Source: a virus. Taken from it: a stretch of 64,000 nt of DNA. The position numbers and the translations under genes were made by a program. The stretch lies in the IMG/VR virus record IMGVR_UViG_3300012984_000016, positions 1 to 64,000 of that record. The stretch is one strand, 5' to 3'. The notes under the pieces are model-generated. The model was not told the DNA's origin. It worked only from the letters and a program-made list of their open reading frames with translations, and searched no databases. Positions 1-8,758 of the stretch are shown here, piece after piece. Every line of letters starts with the position of its first letter. Positions within the stretch are counted from its first letter, which is position 1.

Positions 1-151
1 ACATCGTCCAGGTCTCGCCCGGGTTGACGTTGCTGTCGATCCACGAGCGAGCGTTGTTGGACGCCTCACTGTTGTCGGAGCCGAACAGGATCTTGGTGTC
101 ACGGACCTCACCCTGCGGGGTCTCGATCGTGACCTTCATTCGTGCACTCAT
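1..151 (-). CDS. hypothetical protein (runs off the window edge)
   Basis: ATG at 151 (MSARMKVTIETPQGEVRDTKILFGSD...) with GGAGG upstream, open to position 1, preceded by a promoter-like motif. Confidence 0.6.
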   Translation of the reverse strand, partial: MSARMKVTIETPQGEVRDTKILFGSDNSEASNNARSWIDSNVNPGETWTM

Positions 152-192
152 GACACAGCCTCCCTGCTGCTCGTGCGTACGTTCGTGGAGGC

Positions 193-221
193 ATTGTACC
201 CGGCCCAGCCCGTTGTGAAAC
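193..221 (-). promoter_or_regulatory. putative early promoter (leftward)
   Basis: reverse complement reads GTTTCAC...CCGGG-TACAAT, matching the motif repeated elsewhere. Confidence 0.55.
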
Positions 222-325
222 TGTGGCCCAAGGGTGAAACTTTCCAACATTCACGCATGGGTGTGTATCTCGCCTGCGTACAATAAAGGATGTGCAGGGG
301 ATCCGAACATCACACAACGTTAGGT

Positions 326-355
326 GTTTGTACGGGCTGCCAGTGCGGCATACTG
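326..355 (+). promoter_or_regulatory. putative early promoter of the amidoligase gene
   Basis: GTTTGTA-N16-CATACT upstream of the RBS and ATG at 407. Confidence 0.4.
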
Positions 356-406
356 ACAACGTACGACAGCCGGAGCGACCGGCACTCACCTAGCAGGGAG
401 GCTCAG

Positions 407-1294
407 ATGAGGAAGTTCGGCATCGAGGTAGAGTTCGGGGGTGACATCCCGCGCGCTATCAACCAGATCAACCAGGCGGGACTGTCCAACCGGACCGGTC
501 AGGTGGGCTACCTGACCCACGACACTGATGGGTGGGTCGTCAAGACCGATGCGTCAGTGTACAACGGTGGTGAGATGGTCGGGCCCCCGCTCGACTTCGA
601 CAACCCCGACCAGCGGGCACAGGTGACTACTGCCATCGAGGCTCTCGCTGCCTCTGGCGCAACCACCAACGAGTCCGCAGGCATCCACGTCCACATCGAC
701 GCGAGTGACCTGACCCCCGAGCAGATCGCCAACGTTGCTCGATGCTTCGTCAAGTTCGAGGATGTCATCTACCGCGTGGCGTCCTCTGGGTGGCGGAACA
801 TGCGCCCCGAGGCCCGTCGGTACGCGTACCCCTTGACCCACGAGCGGGTCAGCAAGATCGCCAAGGCGAAGGACCTCCCCACCCTTGCGCGAGCCTGGTA
901 CGGTCTCCGTCCCGGACAGGACCACTCGTACTCCGCACGTGACCACGGTCACGGCAGCCGCTACTGCGGTCTCAACCTTCACTCGTACTTCTACCGTCAG
1001 ACCATCGAGTTCCGGATCTTCAACTCGTCTCTCAACCCTGAGCGAGTGCAGGCCTACATCGCGATGTGCGTGGCGATCGTCGAGGATGCGCGACGTGGCA
1101 ACCGTCGCTCGTTCAACAAGCGCTACGCCCTGGGTGGCATGAAGTCGGGTGACACCTCGGACAAGGCAGCGTACCACCGCTTCCTCCAGGTCCTCCGCTA
1201 CAGCGCCGACCTGTCACTCGAAGACATGGGTCGCCTCAACAAGGTCTGGAAGGACTCCGTCCCCCAGGAGTACTTCTCCAGCCCCGCGTACTGA
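407..1294 (+). CDS. putative amidoligase (COOH-NH2 ligase family)
   Basis: FGIEVEF N-terminus, W..KTDAS...GGEMVGPPL, AGIHVHID, RYCGLNL, TIEFRIFNSSL; GGAGG RBS before ATG 407. Confidence 0.85.
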   Translation: MRKFGIEVEFGGDIPRAINQINQAGLSNRTGQVGYLTHDTDGWVVKTDASVYNGGEMVGPPLDFDNPDQRAQVTTAIEALAASGATTNESAGIHVHIDASDLTPEQIANVARCFVKFEDVIYRVASSGWRNMRPEARRYAYPLTHERVSKIAKAKDLPTLARAWYGLRPGQDHSYSARDHGHGSRYCGLNLHSYFYRQTIEFRIFNSSLNPERVQAYIAMCVAIVEDARRGNRRSFNKRYALGGMKSGDTSDKAAYHRFLQVLRYSADLSLEDMGRLNKVWKDSVPQEYFSSPAY

Positions 1295-1315
1295 CAAGTC
1301 CACCCAGGCTTGAGC

Positions 1316-1344
1316 GTTTGCACTGGACGCTCGCCGGGTACAAT
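1316..1344 (+). promoter_or_regulatory. putative early promoter
   Basis: GTTTGCA-N16-TACAAT with GGG before the -10 box. Confidence 0.6.
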
Positions 1345-1375
1345 ACATCCAGACCTACTGCAAGGAGACCGTACC

Positions 1376-2512
1376 ATGTGTGGCATCTTCGGTATCGCCT
1401 ACGGCCCCAAGGGGCCCGAGGGTGAGGAGTGGACTCCCGAGGAGTTCGCTCGGCTGATGTTCCCCGCGATCGAGCACCGTGGCCCTCACGCCTGGGGCTA
1501 CATGTACTGCAACTCGGACGCCGACACGATCGAGTGGGTGAAGACCCCTGGGTCGTGCAAGGCCAAGGGTGCCATGGACACCGTCGAGATCCCTGGCGAC
1601 GTGAAGTGGCTCGTGGGTCACGTCCGCTACGCCACGGGTGGCGAGAAGGCTCACCCCCGGTACAACCGGAACAACCACCCGATCCCCCACGGTGACATCG
1701 TCGGCGTCCACAACGGGGTCCTGCGGAACTGGCAGGGCATCCTGGACAAGACGGGCCGAGAGGACATCAAGAGCGGCGTGGACTCCGAGGCCATCTTCGC
1801 AGCGATCAACAAGTGGGGCATCCGCCCTGGGTTGCGCAAGATCGAGGGTGACATGGTCGCGGTGTGGGCCAACGTTGAGGAGCCGGAGGTCCTGCGGATC
1901 GCCCGCCTGGACGGACGACCCCTGGTGTACGCCACCACCGAGGCGGGATCCCTCATCTTCGCATCCGAGCAGGGTGTGATCGACGAGTGCCTCATCAAGC
2001 ACGGGCCGTACCACGACCTGGAGGACAAGACCAACTGGTTGATGACTGTCAAGCAGGGCAAGGTCTCCGAGCGTTCGCAGTACGCAGAGCCGATCAAGTC
2101 CTGGGCAGCCTCCGAGCGGTCCGGTCCGGCCCCGTCCTACTCCGGCGGCAGCCCGTTCCGGTCCTCCGTCCAGGACGCCTGGCCCATCGACAACCCGCTG
2201 TGGGATCCCCGAGGGATCACGGACCGCATGTCCGGGCAGCCTCGTCGGTACGGTCGCACCGGAGCCACTGCACCCAGCAGTGACGCCGTCAGCACATCCC
2301 CCACGCCTCACGGTGTGCCCGATCAGAAGATCAACCAGGTGGACGAGTTTGGTGGTTATTACATCGGGCAGAATACCTGGCAGGTGCCTGGGGGCGCTCT
2401 CCTGAACGCCACCCAGTACGTCAAGTGGGCCGTCCGCCGTGAGGTGAAGGCCCTGATCGAGTCCGGTGACATCGGTCTCGACGAAGCACTGACCCAACTC
2501 GAGATCGACTAG
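1376..2512 (+). CDS. class II (Ntn) glutamine amidotransferase
   Basis: MCGIFG N-terminal nucleophile Cys, HRGPHAWG, GHVRYAT, NNHP, HNGVL, VDSE, FASE; AAGGAG RBS. Confidence 0.9.
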   Translation: MCGIFGIAYGPKGPEGEEWTPEEFARLMFPAIEHRGPHAWGYMYCNSDADTIEWVKTPGSCKAKGAMDTVEIPGDVKWLVGHVRYATGGEKAHPRYNRNNHPIPHGDIVGVHNGVLRNWQGILDKTGREDIKSGVDSEAIFAAINKWGIRPGLRKIEGDMVAVWANVEEPEVLRIARLDGRPLVYATTEAGSLIFASEQGVIDECLIKHGPYHDLEDKTNWLMTVKQGKVSERSQYAEPIKSWAASERSGPAPSYSGGSPFRSSVQDAWPIDNPLWDPRGITDRMSGQPRRYGRTGATAPSSDAVSTSPTPHGVPDQKINQVDEFGGYYIGQNTWQVPGGALLNATQYVKWAVRREVKALIESGDIGLDEALTQLEID

Positions 2513-2525
2513 GGAGGACAGACCG

Positions 2526-3335
2526 ATGCGTTACCACCTTCACTTCAAGAACCTTCACCCCACGGTCCTGCGGGCCGCTGACGAACTCTTCCTCAGCAAG
2601 CCCTGGACCGGCACGGACGAGGAGCGGTACGTCAAGTTCCGCACGTTCCTGCAGCGGGCCTCGGACGCCTACTCCGTTCCGGCCCCGTCGTTCGAGGTCG
2701 ACACTGCCGGTGTCAACCACGGGCTGGCCCTCCAGCGCATGCAGTACGACCTGGGTCAGATCGACTGCGCTGACTTCTCGGTGATCAGCACCTTCCTGGG
2801 TCTCCGTGCCCACCTGCAGGCGCTGAACGTCGCGAACATCGACGGTCTCTCCGAGGCCGAGGACAACCTCACCGCACAGCGACTGCTGGCCAACGACGCC
2901 GTCGGCTGGGCGTGCTCCCTGTTTTACACGGTGCGCCCGACGCTGTTCCGCAAGGCGGTTCGCTCAGGGGTGATCCAGTTCGTCGCCCCGATCGACCTGC
3001 TCTCGTCCGCCACCCAGGAGCGTTACTGGGCCGGTGAGGTCGACATCAACGGCAAGGAGCGCACGCAGGTCTCGCCCCTGGACGAGGACGGTGTCGCGTA
3101 CATCCCCGAGGACGACGGTGACGAGCCGCCGATGGCAACCACGGGTGCTCTCGACCAGGAGGCAGGCCCCGCTCCGTACACCACCAACGAGGTGATGGAC
3201 ATCCTCGGTCGCTCCCGTTCGTACGTGTGCGCGCACGGCACTGACCTCGGGGGCACGCAGGACGAGGCCGGTCGCTGGACGTTCGCCCGCGCTGCGATCG
3301 ACACCATCGCCCAGGAGCAGGCCCAGCAGGGCTGA
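2526..3335 (+). CDS. hypothetical protein with C-terminal helix-turn-helix
   Basis: GGAGG RBS; C-terminal YTTNEVMDILGRSRSYV...GRWTF resembles an excisionase/MerR-like HTH. Confidence 0.65.
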   Translation: MRYHLHFKNLHPTVLRAADELFLSKPWTGTDEERYVKFRTFLQRASDAYSVPAPSFEVDTAGVNHGLALQRMQYDLGQIDCADFSVISTFLGLRAHLQALNVANIDGLSEAEDNLTAQRLLANDAVGWACSLFYTVRPTLFRKAVRSGVIQFVAPIDLLSSATQERYWAGEVDINGKERTQVSPLDEDGVAYIPEDDGDEPPMATTGALDQEAGPAPYTTNEVMDILGRSRSYVCAHGTDLGGTQDEAGRWTFARAAIDTIAQEQAQQG

Positions 3336-3356
3336 CCGCTCAACCCACGTAGAATG

Positions 3357-3390
3357 CTAGAGGGTCTCTGCAGCAGCAGGGGCCCTCTAG
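3357..3390. terminator. stem-loop, putative terminator
   Basis: CTAGAGGG..CTGC / GCAG..CCCTCTAG inverted repeat after the stop at 3335. Confidence 0.5.
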
Positions 3391-3411
3391 CCGTGCTTGG
3401 AAGGGACGACC

Positions 3412-3666
3412 GTGGATGCAGTAGAGGCCCGAGCGCGTAGGGCAGCCAAAGACGCGCTGGAGGACGCTGCTAGGAAGGTCCTGGAGGCGGCAGAGCGAGC
3501 AGGCAGGGCAGCGGACCGTGCTGACGGCATCCGTGAGGGAACGGTGACGGGTGACATGTTCGCCGCAGCGTCAGCCCACCGTGATGCTGAGCGCGAGGCC
3601 CATGGGGCACTGGACGCGCTGATCAAGAAGCAGCGAGAGACGTACAAGAAGTTCCCCCAACGCTGA
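3412..3666 (+). CDS. hypothetical helical protein
   Basis: ORF with phage-like codon usage in the + cassette. Confidence 0.6.
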   Translation: MDAVEARARRAAKDALEDAARKVLEAAERAGRAADRADGIREGTVTGDMFAAASAHRDAEREAHGALDALIKKQRETYKKFPQR

Positions 3667-3669
3667 GCG

Positions 3670-3697
3670 ATTTGAACATGTCCTCACCGGGTACAAT
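3670..3697 (+). promoter_or_regulatory. putative early promoter
   Basis: ATTTGAA-N15-TACAAT with CCGGG before the -10 box. Confidence 0.6.
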
Positions 3698-3723
3698 CTT
3701 TGTGAGATTCAAGGGAGGACATC

Positions 3724-5052
3724 ATGCCGGTCGATAACTCAGCCCTCGACAGAGCCTGGTACCAGGACAACCGTCCGATGGTACAGTTCCTCGAGATGGT
3801 GGAGGACGAGGGCGTCGGCTCAGCCCCGTGGGAGCGGTCTGCCGCAAGGTGGATCCGTCGCATCAATGAGAACGGTGCGCTGTCCCCGGGGCTGACCAAC
3901 TCTGGGTGGCGGATGATGCTCATCCACCGCTACGACCTGCCGGACCACGGTGCCGCCACCCTACGGTGGGCCCGTGCCAACTTCGATGTCTTCCACTATG
4001 TGTGGCAGAACCGGACGACCTACGCACTCACCTGGCAGGAGATCCTCGACGAGATCTTCCCGGACGCGGATGACCTGGAGGTGCTCCGTGCCAACATGCG
4101 GGTCCGCCAGGGCACGTCCGATCGCATCATCAATCCGGGTGAGCCCATCTACGATGAGGAGACCGGCGACCCTGGCAACCTGACAGCGATCCTCGGGCAG
4201 GCCCTGACGGACGCTGTGCGCAACGCTGAGACGATGGCCTCCGGTCTGGCAGCCGTAGGCAGGGCCGCTGACTTGGCAGCCACGACCGGCAGGCCGGTGA
4301 TCATCGGTGACCAAGGTGCCGCTGCACCCACCAGTGAGGCGCTGTCCACCGGAGCCTCTCGCACAACGGTGACCAACGGTCGTCGTCGGTACGCACCTGC
4401 CAGGTACAACGGTGGCATCGGCTCGCCCAACGGCGTGTACGAGATGGTGCTGTCACGCCAGGACCAGGCCGGTGACCACGAGGTCATCCAGCGGTTCCGG
4501 TACGACCTCTACACCGTGCAGAACGGTCAACTGGCGAACCTTCGCATCGTGCGGTGCGACCAGAACGGTGGCCGAGGGTTCGGTACCGTCCAGGAGGATG
4601 GCAACCTGTGGCTGTGGTCCCGCTTCGGTGACCAGTCCGGCGAGCGATGGATCCTGATGGGTGAGATGCTGCTCCGCGACCTGCAGAGGTCTCACGCAGC
4701 GGGTGACACCTTGTTCCGGGGCACTACCTACACGGTGCCTACCCGGCTCACGCGTGAGTACGGCCTCGGTGACATCGAGGTGTCGGTCAGGTTCGATCCG
4801 CACTGCAACCGCTGTAACACAGGGGCTGGGGTCCAGCACAACGGGGCACTGCAAATCACCCTGTGCGAGGACTGCCACGTGCGCCTCAGCAACCAGGGGA
4901 TCAGGGAGACCGCTGTCGCTGCTCAGCGCACGGCCCCGCGACTCCCTCGCCGGGAGCCTGCCCGCTCTCCCCAGGACGCCCCAGCGGTCGCCAGATCCAC
5001 GACAATGGATCGTCGGCGTCCGTCCCAGATCGATCCCACCAACCTTCAGTGA
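3724..5052 (+). CDS. hypothetical protein with C-terminal CxxC...CxxC
   Basis: 442 aa ORF, GGAGG RBS, HCNRC and LCEDCH pairs. Confidence 0.7.
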   Translation: MPVDNSALDRAWYQDNRPMVQFLEMVEDEGVGSAPWERSAARWIRRINENGALSPGLTNSGWRMMLIHRYDLPDHGAATLRWARANFDVFHYVWQNRTTYALTWQEILDEIFPDADDLEVLRANMRVRQGTSDRIINPGEPIYDEETGDPGNLTAILGQALTDAVRNAETMASGLAAVGRAADLAATTGRPVIIGDQGAAAPTSEALSTGASRTTVTNGRRRYAPARYNGGIGSPNGVYEMVLSRQDQAGDHEVIQRFRYDLYTVQNGQLANLRIVRCDQNGGRGFGTVQEDGNLWLWSRFGDQSGERWILMGEMLLRDLQRSHAAGDTLFRGTTYTVPTRLTREYGLGDIEVSVRFDPHCNRCNTGAGVQHNGALQITLCEDCHVRLSNQGIRETAVAAQRTAPRLPRREPARSPQDAPAVARSTTMDRRRPSQIDPTNLQ

Positions 5053-5059
5053 GGTGCTG

Positions 5060-5416
5060 ATGTTCTCCACACTGCTCGGCATCATCGCCATCCCCGTAGG
5101 GTTGTGCCTGCTGTGGTTCACCTGGCTGTTCCTGCTGGAGTACCCAGTGTGCTGGATCCCCACGGTGATGGTGGCCGCTGCTATCGTCGTTGGGTGCATC
5201 CGCAGCCGACAGAACGATGGACGTAGGGCCCGCCGAGAGCGCCACGCGCTCCAGGTCGCAGCCCTGCAGAAGGCAGCAGAGGACGCCAGGACGGCCCAGT
5301 ACACCGCGTGGAAGCCCGTGGCAGAGCGGATGACCGCCGCGATCGCTGAGGCCCTCCCTGCGCCTGCTCCCAGGACCACCTTCGACCCCGTGATCGACGA
5401 GGAATTCGAGGGATGA
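5060..5416 (+). CDS. membrane protein (2 TM)
   Basis: GAGGTG RBS; MFSTLLGIIAIPVGLCLLWFTWLF... two hydrophobic segments. Confidence 0.65.
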   Translation: MFSTLLGIIAIPVGLCLLWFTWLFLLEYPVCWIPTVMVAAAIVVGCIRSRQNDGRRARRERHALQVAALQKAAEDARTAQYTAWKPVAERMTAAIAEALPAPAPRTTFDPVIDEEFEG

Positions 5417-5601
5417 TGACCCGCCGACGCAGGCTGACACCAGCCAAGGAGCAGGCTCGCGTCGATGAGATCGCCCGCCTGAACGAGTACATGCGAAACC
5501 CGAACAGACCCACCACCATGCAGCCCTTGGTTGAGCCGGTGGATCTGTCCGGGTTCGATGAGCCGTGGTCCGTAGAAGAGTTCTTGGACGGCTTGGTCTA
5601 G
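5413..5601 (+). CDS. hypothetical protein
   Basis: ATGA overlap with the previous gene. Confidence 0.55.
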   Translation: MMTRRRRLTPAKEQARVDEIARLNEYMRNPNRPTTMQPLVEPVDLSGFDEPWSVEEFLDGLV

Positions 5602-5687
5602 GACGCTTCCTTGAGGTCCTCGAGACGCTGCTCGACCTTCGTGAGCACGCTCTCCCTCAGGGTGGTCAGGGTGTCAGTGCCGGACAT
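5598..5687 (-). CDS. 29-aa microprotein MSGTDTLTTLRESVLTKVEQRLEDLKEAS
   Basis: AGGAGGTG RBS 7 nt upstream of ATG; below the ORF-track cutoff. Confidence 0.5.
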   Translation of the reverse strand: MSGTDTLTTLRESVLTKVEQRLEDLKEAS

Positions 5688-5752
5688 TGCGTGTCACCTC
5701 CTAGGTCGTGTTGAAGACCATGATGACACATCATTCCCCGAATGTCTACGGG

Positions 5753-6016
5753 TTACGCAGGCGGATCTTGCGGGTCACGCTTGCGAGCGGGAACCCAACG
5801 CTTGCCCTTGCCTACCGTGAAGTGCCACCCAAGCGTGAGCGCAGCGCCGAGCAGGACCGGCCACACCAACCATGGGGACACCTCGTCGTGCACCCACTCA
5901 CTGACCGTTCCGCCGTCTCTACCGTCGGTGACACCACGGTACTCGTAGATGCAGAACGCTACGACCAGCACCGCCAGCAGGATGAAGAACAGCAGCCACC
6001 ACCAGCGAGCACTCAC
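5753..6016 (-). CDS. small 2-TM membrane protein
   Basis: WWWLLFFILLAVLVVAF and PWLVWPVLLGAALTLGWHF; overlaps the upstream gene. Confidence 0.65.
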   Translation of the reverse strand: MSARWWWLLFFILLAVLVVAFCIYEYRGVTDGRDGGTVSEWVHDEVSPWLVWPVLLGAALTLGWHFTVGKGKRWVPARKRDPQDPPA

Positions 6017-6999
6017 GCGAACGACTCCGCGAACACGACCGAGCCTTCGCCCTCGCCGGGGAAGGTGCGGTCTCCGTCGATGCCGGTGGCAGTCACCAGC
6101 ACGTCGTGGTCCCCGACGATGTCGGTGTCACCCGAGGCCCAGTTCACACGGACCTGACCCTTGTTCGTGTTCTGGTCGAGGACCGTGGCGTCCTTGACGA
6201 GCACGGTGTCGGTGCCGTCGTACTTGATCCGCACCACGACATCGCCGTAGGAGGACAGGTCCATCGGCTGACCCTTGTCGGTGAGAGTGATGACCAGCGG
6301 GGGCAGCGTGTCTCCGGCTCGGATGGCGTAGGGCATGTCGTACGGTCCCATCTTGAGATCTGCCTGGTTGGGTTCGATGATGATGCCCGGTCGGTCGACC
6401 GTGATGATCGTACCGATGTTCGCCCAAGGAGTACCCCAGGACTCCTGCGAAGGGATGGTGACAGGGGACACCTTGAGTGACAGGACCAGCGTCGGCAGCC
6501 CCCACGACTCGGCCGAGAGGATGGACTGCGGCACGGCCACGAAGTAGTTCGTCGCGGTCGGGACTCCCCACGACTCGGCGGTGGGAATCGAAGTCGGGGA
6601 CAGCGTGCGGGGACCTGGCGTGAAGGTCGGCTGGCCCCAAGCCTCCTGCGAGGCGATGGACGCAGGCGAGCACACCACGCCAAGAGCCGCTGTGGGCGTT
6701 CCCCAGGCCTCCTGAGAGGCGATCGAGGCCGGAGCCACCTGGAGCCCCTGCTGTGCCGTGGGAGAGCCCCAGGACTCCGCTGAGCCGATCGAGGTCGGGG
6801 ACGCCGTGAGCGGGCCCGAGGTCTTGACCGGCGTTCCCCACGATTCTGCAGACGCAATCGAAGTCGGGGTGGCCACAACGTTCGGACCCGTGAGGGTAGC
6901 GGTGGGCGTGCCCCATGACTCAGACGAACCGATCGTGGTCGGGTTGACCGTGATGGCGTTGGTGGTGACACCAACCTCCCAGACCTTGAGAGCACCCAT
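6013..6999 (-). CDS. virion-type protein with 8 SxE(S/A)WGxP repeats and a BppU-like Ig C-terminal domain
   Basis: tandem 22-24 aa repeats; C-terminus IRAGDTLPPLVITLTD..PMDLS...GQVRVNWASGDTD..G...RTFP; start coupled to the upstream stop. Confidence 0.7.
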   Translation of the reverse strand: MGALKVWEVGVTTNAITVNPTTIGSSESWGTPTATLTGPNVVATPTSIASAESWGTPVKTSGPLTASPTSIGSAESWGSPTAQQGLQVAPASIASQEAWGTPTAALGVVCSPASIASQEAWGQPTFTPGPRTLSPTSIPTAESWGVPTATNYFVAVPQSILSAESWGLPTLVLSLKVSPVTIPSQESWGTPWANIGTIITVDRPGIIIEPNQADLKMGPYDMPYAIRAGDTLPPLVITLTDKGQPMDLSSYGDVVVRIKYDGTDTVLVKDATVLDQNTNKGQVRVNWASGDTDIVGDHDVLVTATGIDGDRTFPGEGEGSVVFAESFA

Positions 7000-7439
7000 C
7001 AGTTGTTCACCGCCGCCTGCACGAGGTCGTAGAACTCCACGGCCCGCGCCTCGGCGTCCTCGTACGAGATGTCGGTGGTCCCACGCAGCGGAGGCGTGAT
7101 GCCGTACTTCCAACGAATGGTCTCGCGGTCACCAGCCGGAGCGAGCGAAGCCTCGTACATCTTGTTGGGCTGCTTCTGCTCCATGACCCACACGTACAGC
7201 GCCTTGAAGATTCCTTCGTCGCGGCGGTTCGGGATGGTCCACAGCATCATCGTGGTGAGGCAGGTCTTCACGCACTCCAGGCACGGGGTGCCCCGCAGTC
7301 CGTGGAAGTAGAAGAACGACACCACGTTGTTGCCGGGGTCGATCGCCACTGCCACCTCAGCCGTGGGGTCGATGGACGTTGAGGTCTGCTTCTCTTCGTA
7401 CGTCAGGAACCGGAACTCGGTACCAGCGTGGCCGCTCAT
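6999..7439 (-). CDS. putative GNAT-like acyltransferase
   Basis: 146 aa; MLWTIPNRRDEGIFKALY resembles GNAT motif A (h-V-x-P-x-x-R-x-x-G-I-x-x-x-L). Confidence 0.45.
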   Translation of the reverse strand: MSGHAGTEFRFLTYEEKQTSTSIDPTAEVAVAIDPGNNVVSFFYFHGLRGTPCLECVKTCLTTMMLWTIPNRRDEGIFKALYVWVMEQKQPNKMYEASLAPAGDRETIRWKYGITPPLRGTTDISYEDAEARAVEFYDLVQAAVNN

Positions 7440-8758
7440 CGCAGTCCCTTCTTCCTGATCTTCCCGGCTGGGCTCATAGGCAATGATCCCACCTTGGTCA
7501 TGGTCTTGGGCACAGCGTAGTGCGGAACCCAGGACCGCACGTACTCCAGCACCTGCGCCTCGGTGGCGTCTCCTTCGTAGAACCCCTGCACCTGTTGGCC
7601 GGTGCGACGGTCCGACACTCCGATGACTGCGGCGGCTCGCACTCCCGGATGCGTGAGCATGGCTCGCTCGACTGAGGTGGCGTACACCGTGTTGCCGTTC
7701 ACCAGGATCTTGTCCGAGCGCCTTCCTTCGATTACCAGTTCGCCGTCAGTAACACCCACGTAGTCTCCGGGTGCCACCCACTTCGGCATGTCCTGGATGC
7801 CAAGGAAGCCGATCTTCTTGTTCGCCGTCGAGTCCCCTCGCACGGAGATCTCACCGATGCCTGACTCGTCCGAGTCGATGCGCACCTCGATCGCATGGAA
7901 CGCAGCACCCACTGACCGAGTCGGCTCAGTGATCACCTTCGCAGAGATGAGCCCGCACTCAGTGGTCGCGTACAGGTTGACCAGTGCTACGTTCGGGAAC
8001 TGGCGCAGCCACTTCTCCTGCAACTCCATCGGCAGGTCGTTGCTGGACGAGTGGATCATGCGGAGCGACGGGAAGGTGGCCGAGGAGAAGCCCGCCTCGA
8101 TAAGTGAACGAATGATCGTGGGCCCCGCTGCTGCCATGTTACACCCATGGCGGTTGACCACCTCGGCGAACACCTGCGGTGTGACCTTGCGCTGGTCGAT
8201 GACCATGGTTGCTTCGTTCAGTGTGGTAAGCAGACCTACGATCGTCGCTACGCCGACAGCGAACGGAGTGCACACGAACACCCGCTGCCCACGGGAGTAG
8301 CCGTACTCGTACAGGTCGAGGTCGCGGCAGTACCGGGTCATCCTCGTGAGGTTGTGGCTGAAGATCTTCGGCCGACCCTCGGTCCCGGACGACCCGAACA
8401 TCAGCGCGCCGCCGTACTGGGAAGCAGCAGGGGACGATCTGGCGAGGTTCTGGGCGTACTCCGGGGTGCTGGGGTCCAGGCACCCGGTCCCGACGCCCAC
8501 GACCGCCCTGGCACGGGCCGTGCGTTTGATCGCTGAGCGCGCCATGCGAGGCAGGAAGCCGGGGAGCGGGAGGGCTGCGCGACCGGACCGCGCCACGCCC
8601 ATGAACAGTTCGTACGACTCGAGACGGTTGTCTGTTGTGACCGCTACGACCGAGTGGGGCGGAGCGATGTCACCTATGACTGATGACACTGCTCGGATCC
8701 GCTCGTCGAGTTCCGCTGCTGTGAGTGAGCGATCGCCCTCGACGATCGCTGGGGTCAC
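7436..8758 (-). CDS. AMP-binding (ANL superfamily) adenylating enzyme, acyl-CoA ligase-like
   Basis: P-loop SSGTEGRPK, NLYATTE, PGD, GRRSDKILVNG..VYATSVE, terminal PMSPAGKIRK catalytic Lys. Confidence 0.9.
   Translation of the reverse strand: MTPAIVEGDRSLTAAELDERIRAVSSVIGDIAPPHSVVAVTTDNRLESYELFMGVARSGRAALPLPGFLPRMARSAIKRTARARAVVGVGTGCLDPSTPEYAQNLARSSPAASQYGGALMFGSSGTEGRPKIFSHNLTRMTRYCRDLDLYEYGYSRGQRVFVCTPFAVGVATIVGLLTTLNEATMVIDQRKVTPQVFAEVVNRHGCNMAAAGPTIIRSLIEAGFSSATFPSLRMIHSSSNDLPMELQEKWLRQFPNVALVNLYATTECGLISAKVITEPTRSVGAAFHAIEVRIDSDESGIGEISVRGDSTANKKIGFLGIQDMPKWVAPGDYVGVTDGELVIEGRRSDKILVNGNTVYATSVERAMLTHPGVRAAAVIGVSDRRTGQQVQGFYEGDATEAQVLEYVRSWVPHYAVPKTMTKVGSLPMSPAGKIRKKGLR

Noticed and set aside
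6430-6950. Regularly spaced CCCCA.GACTC repeats resembling a repeat-spacer array
   Set aside because: They encode the ESWG protein repeat and vary at synonymous positions
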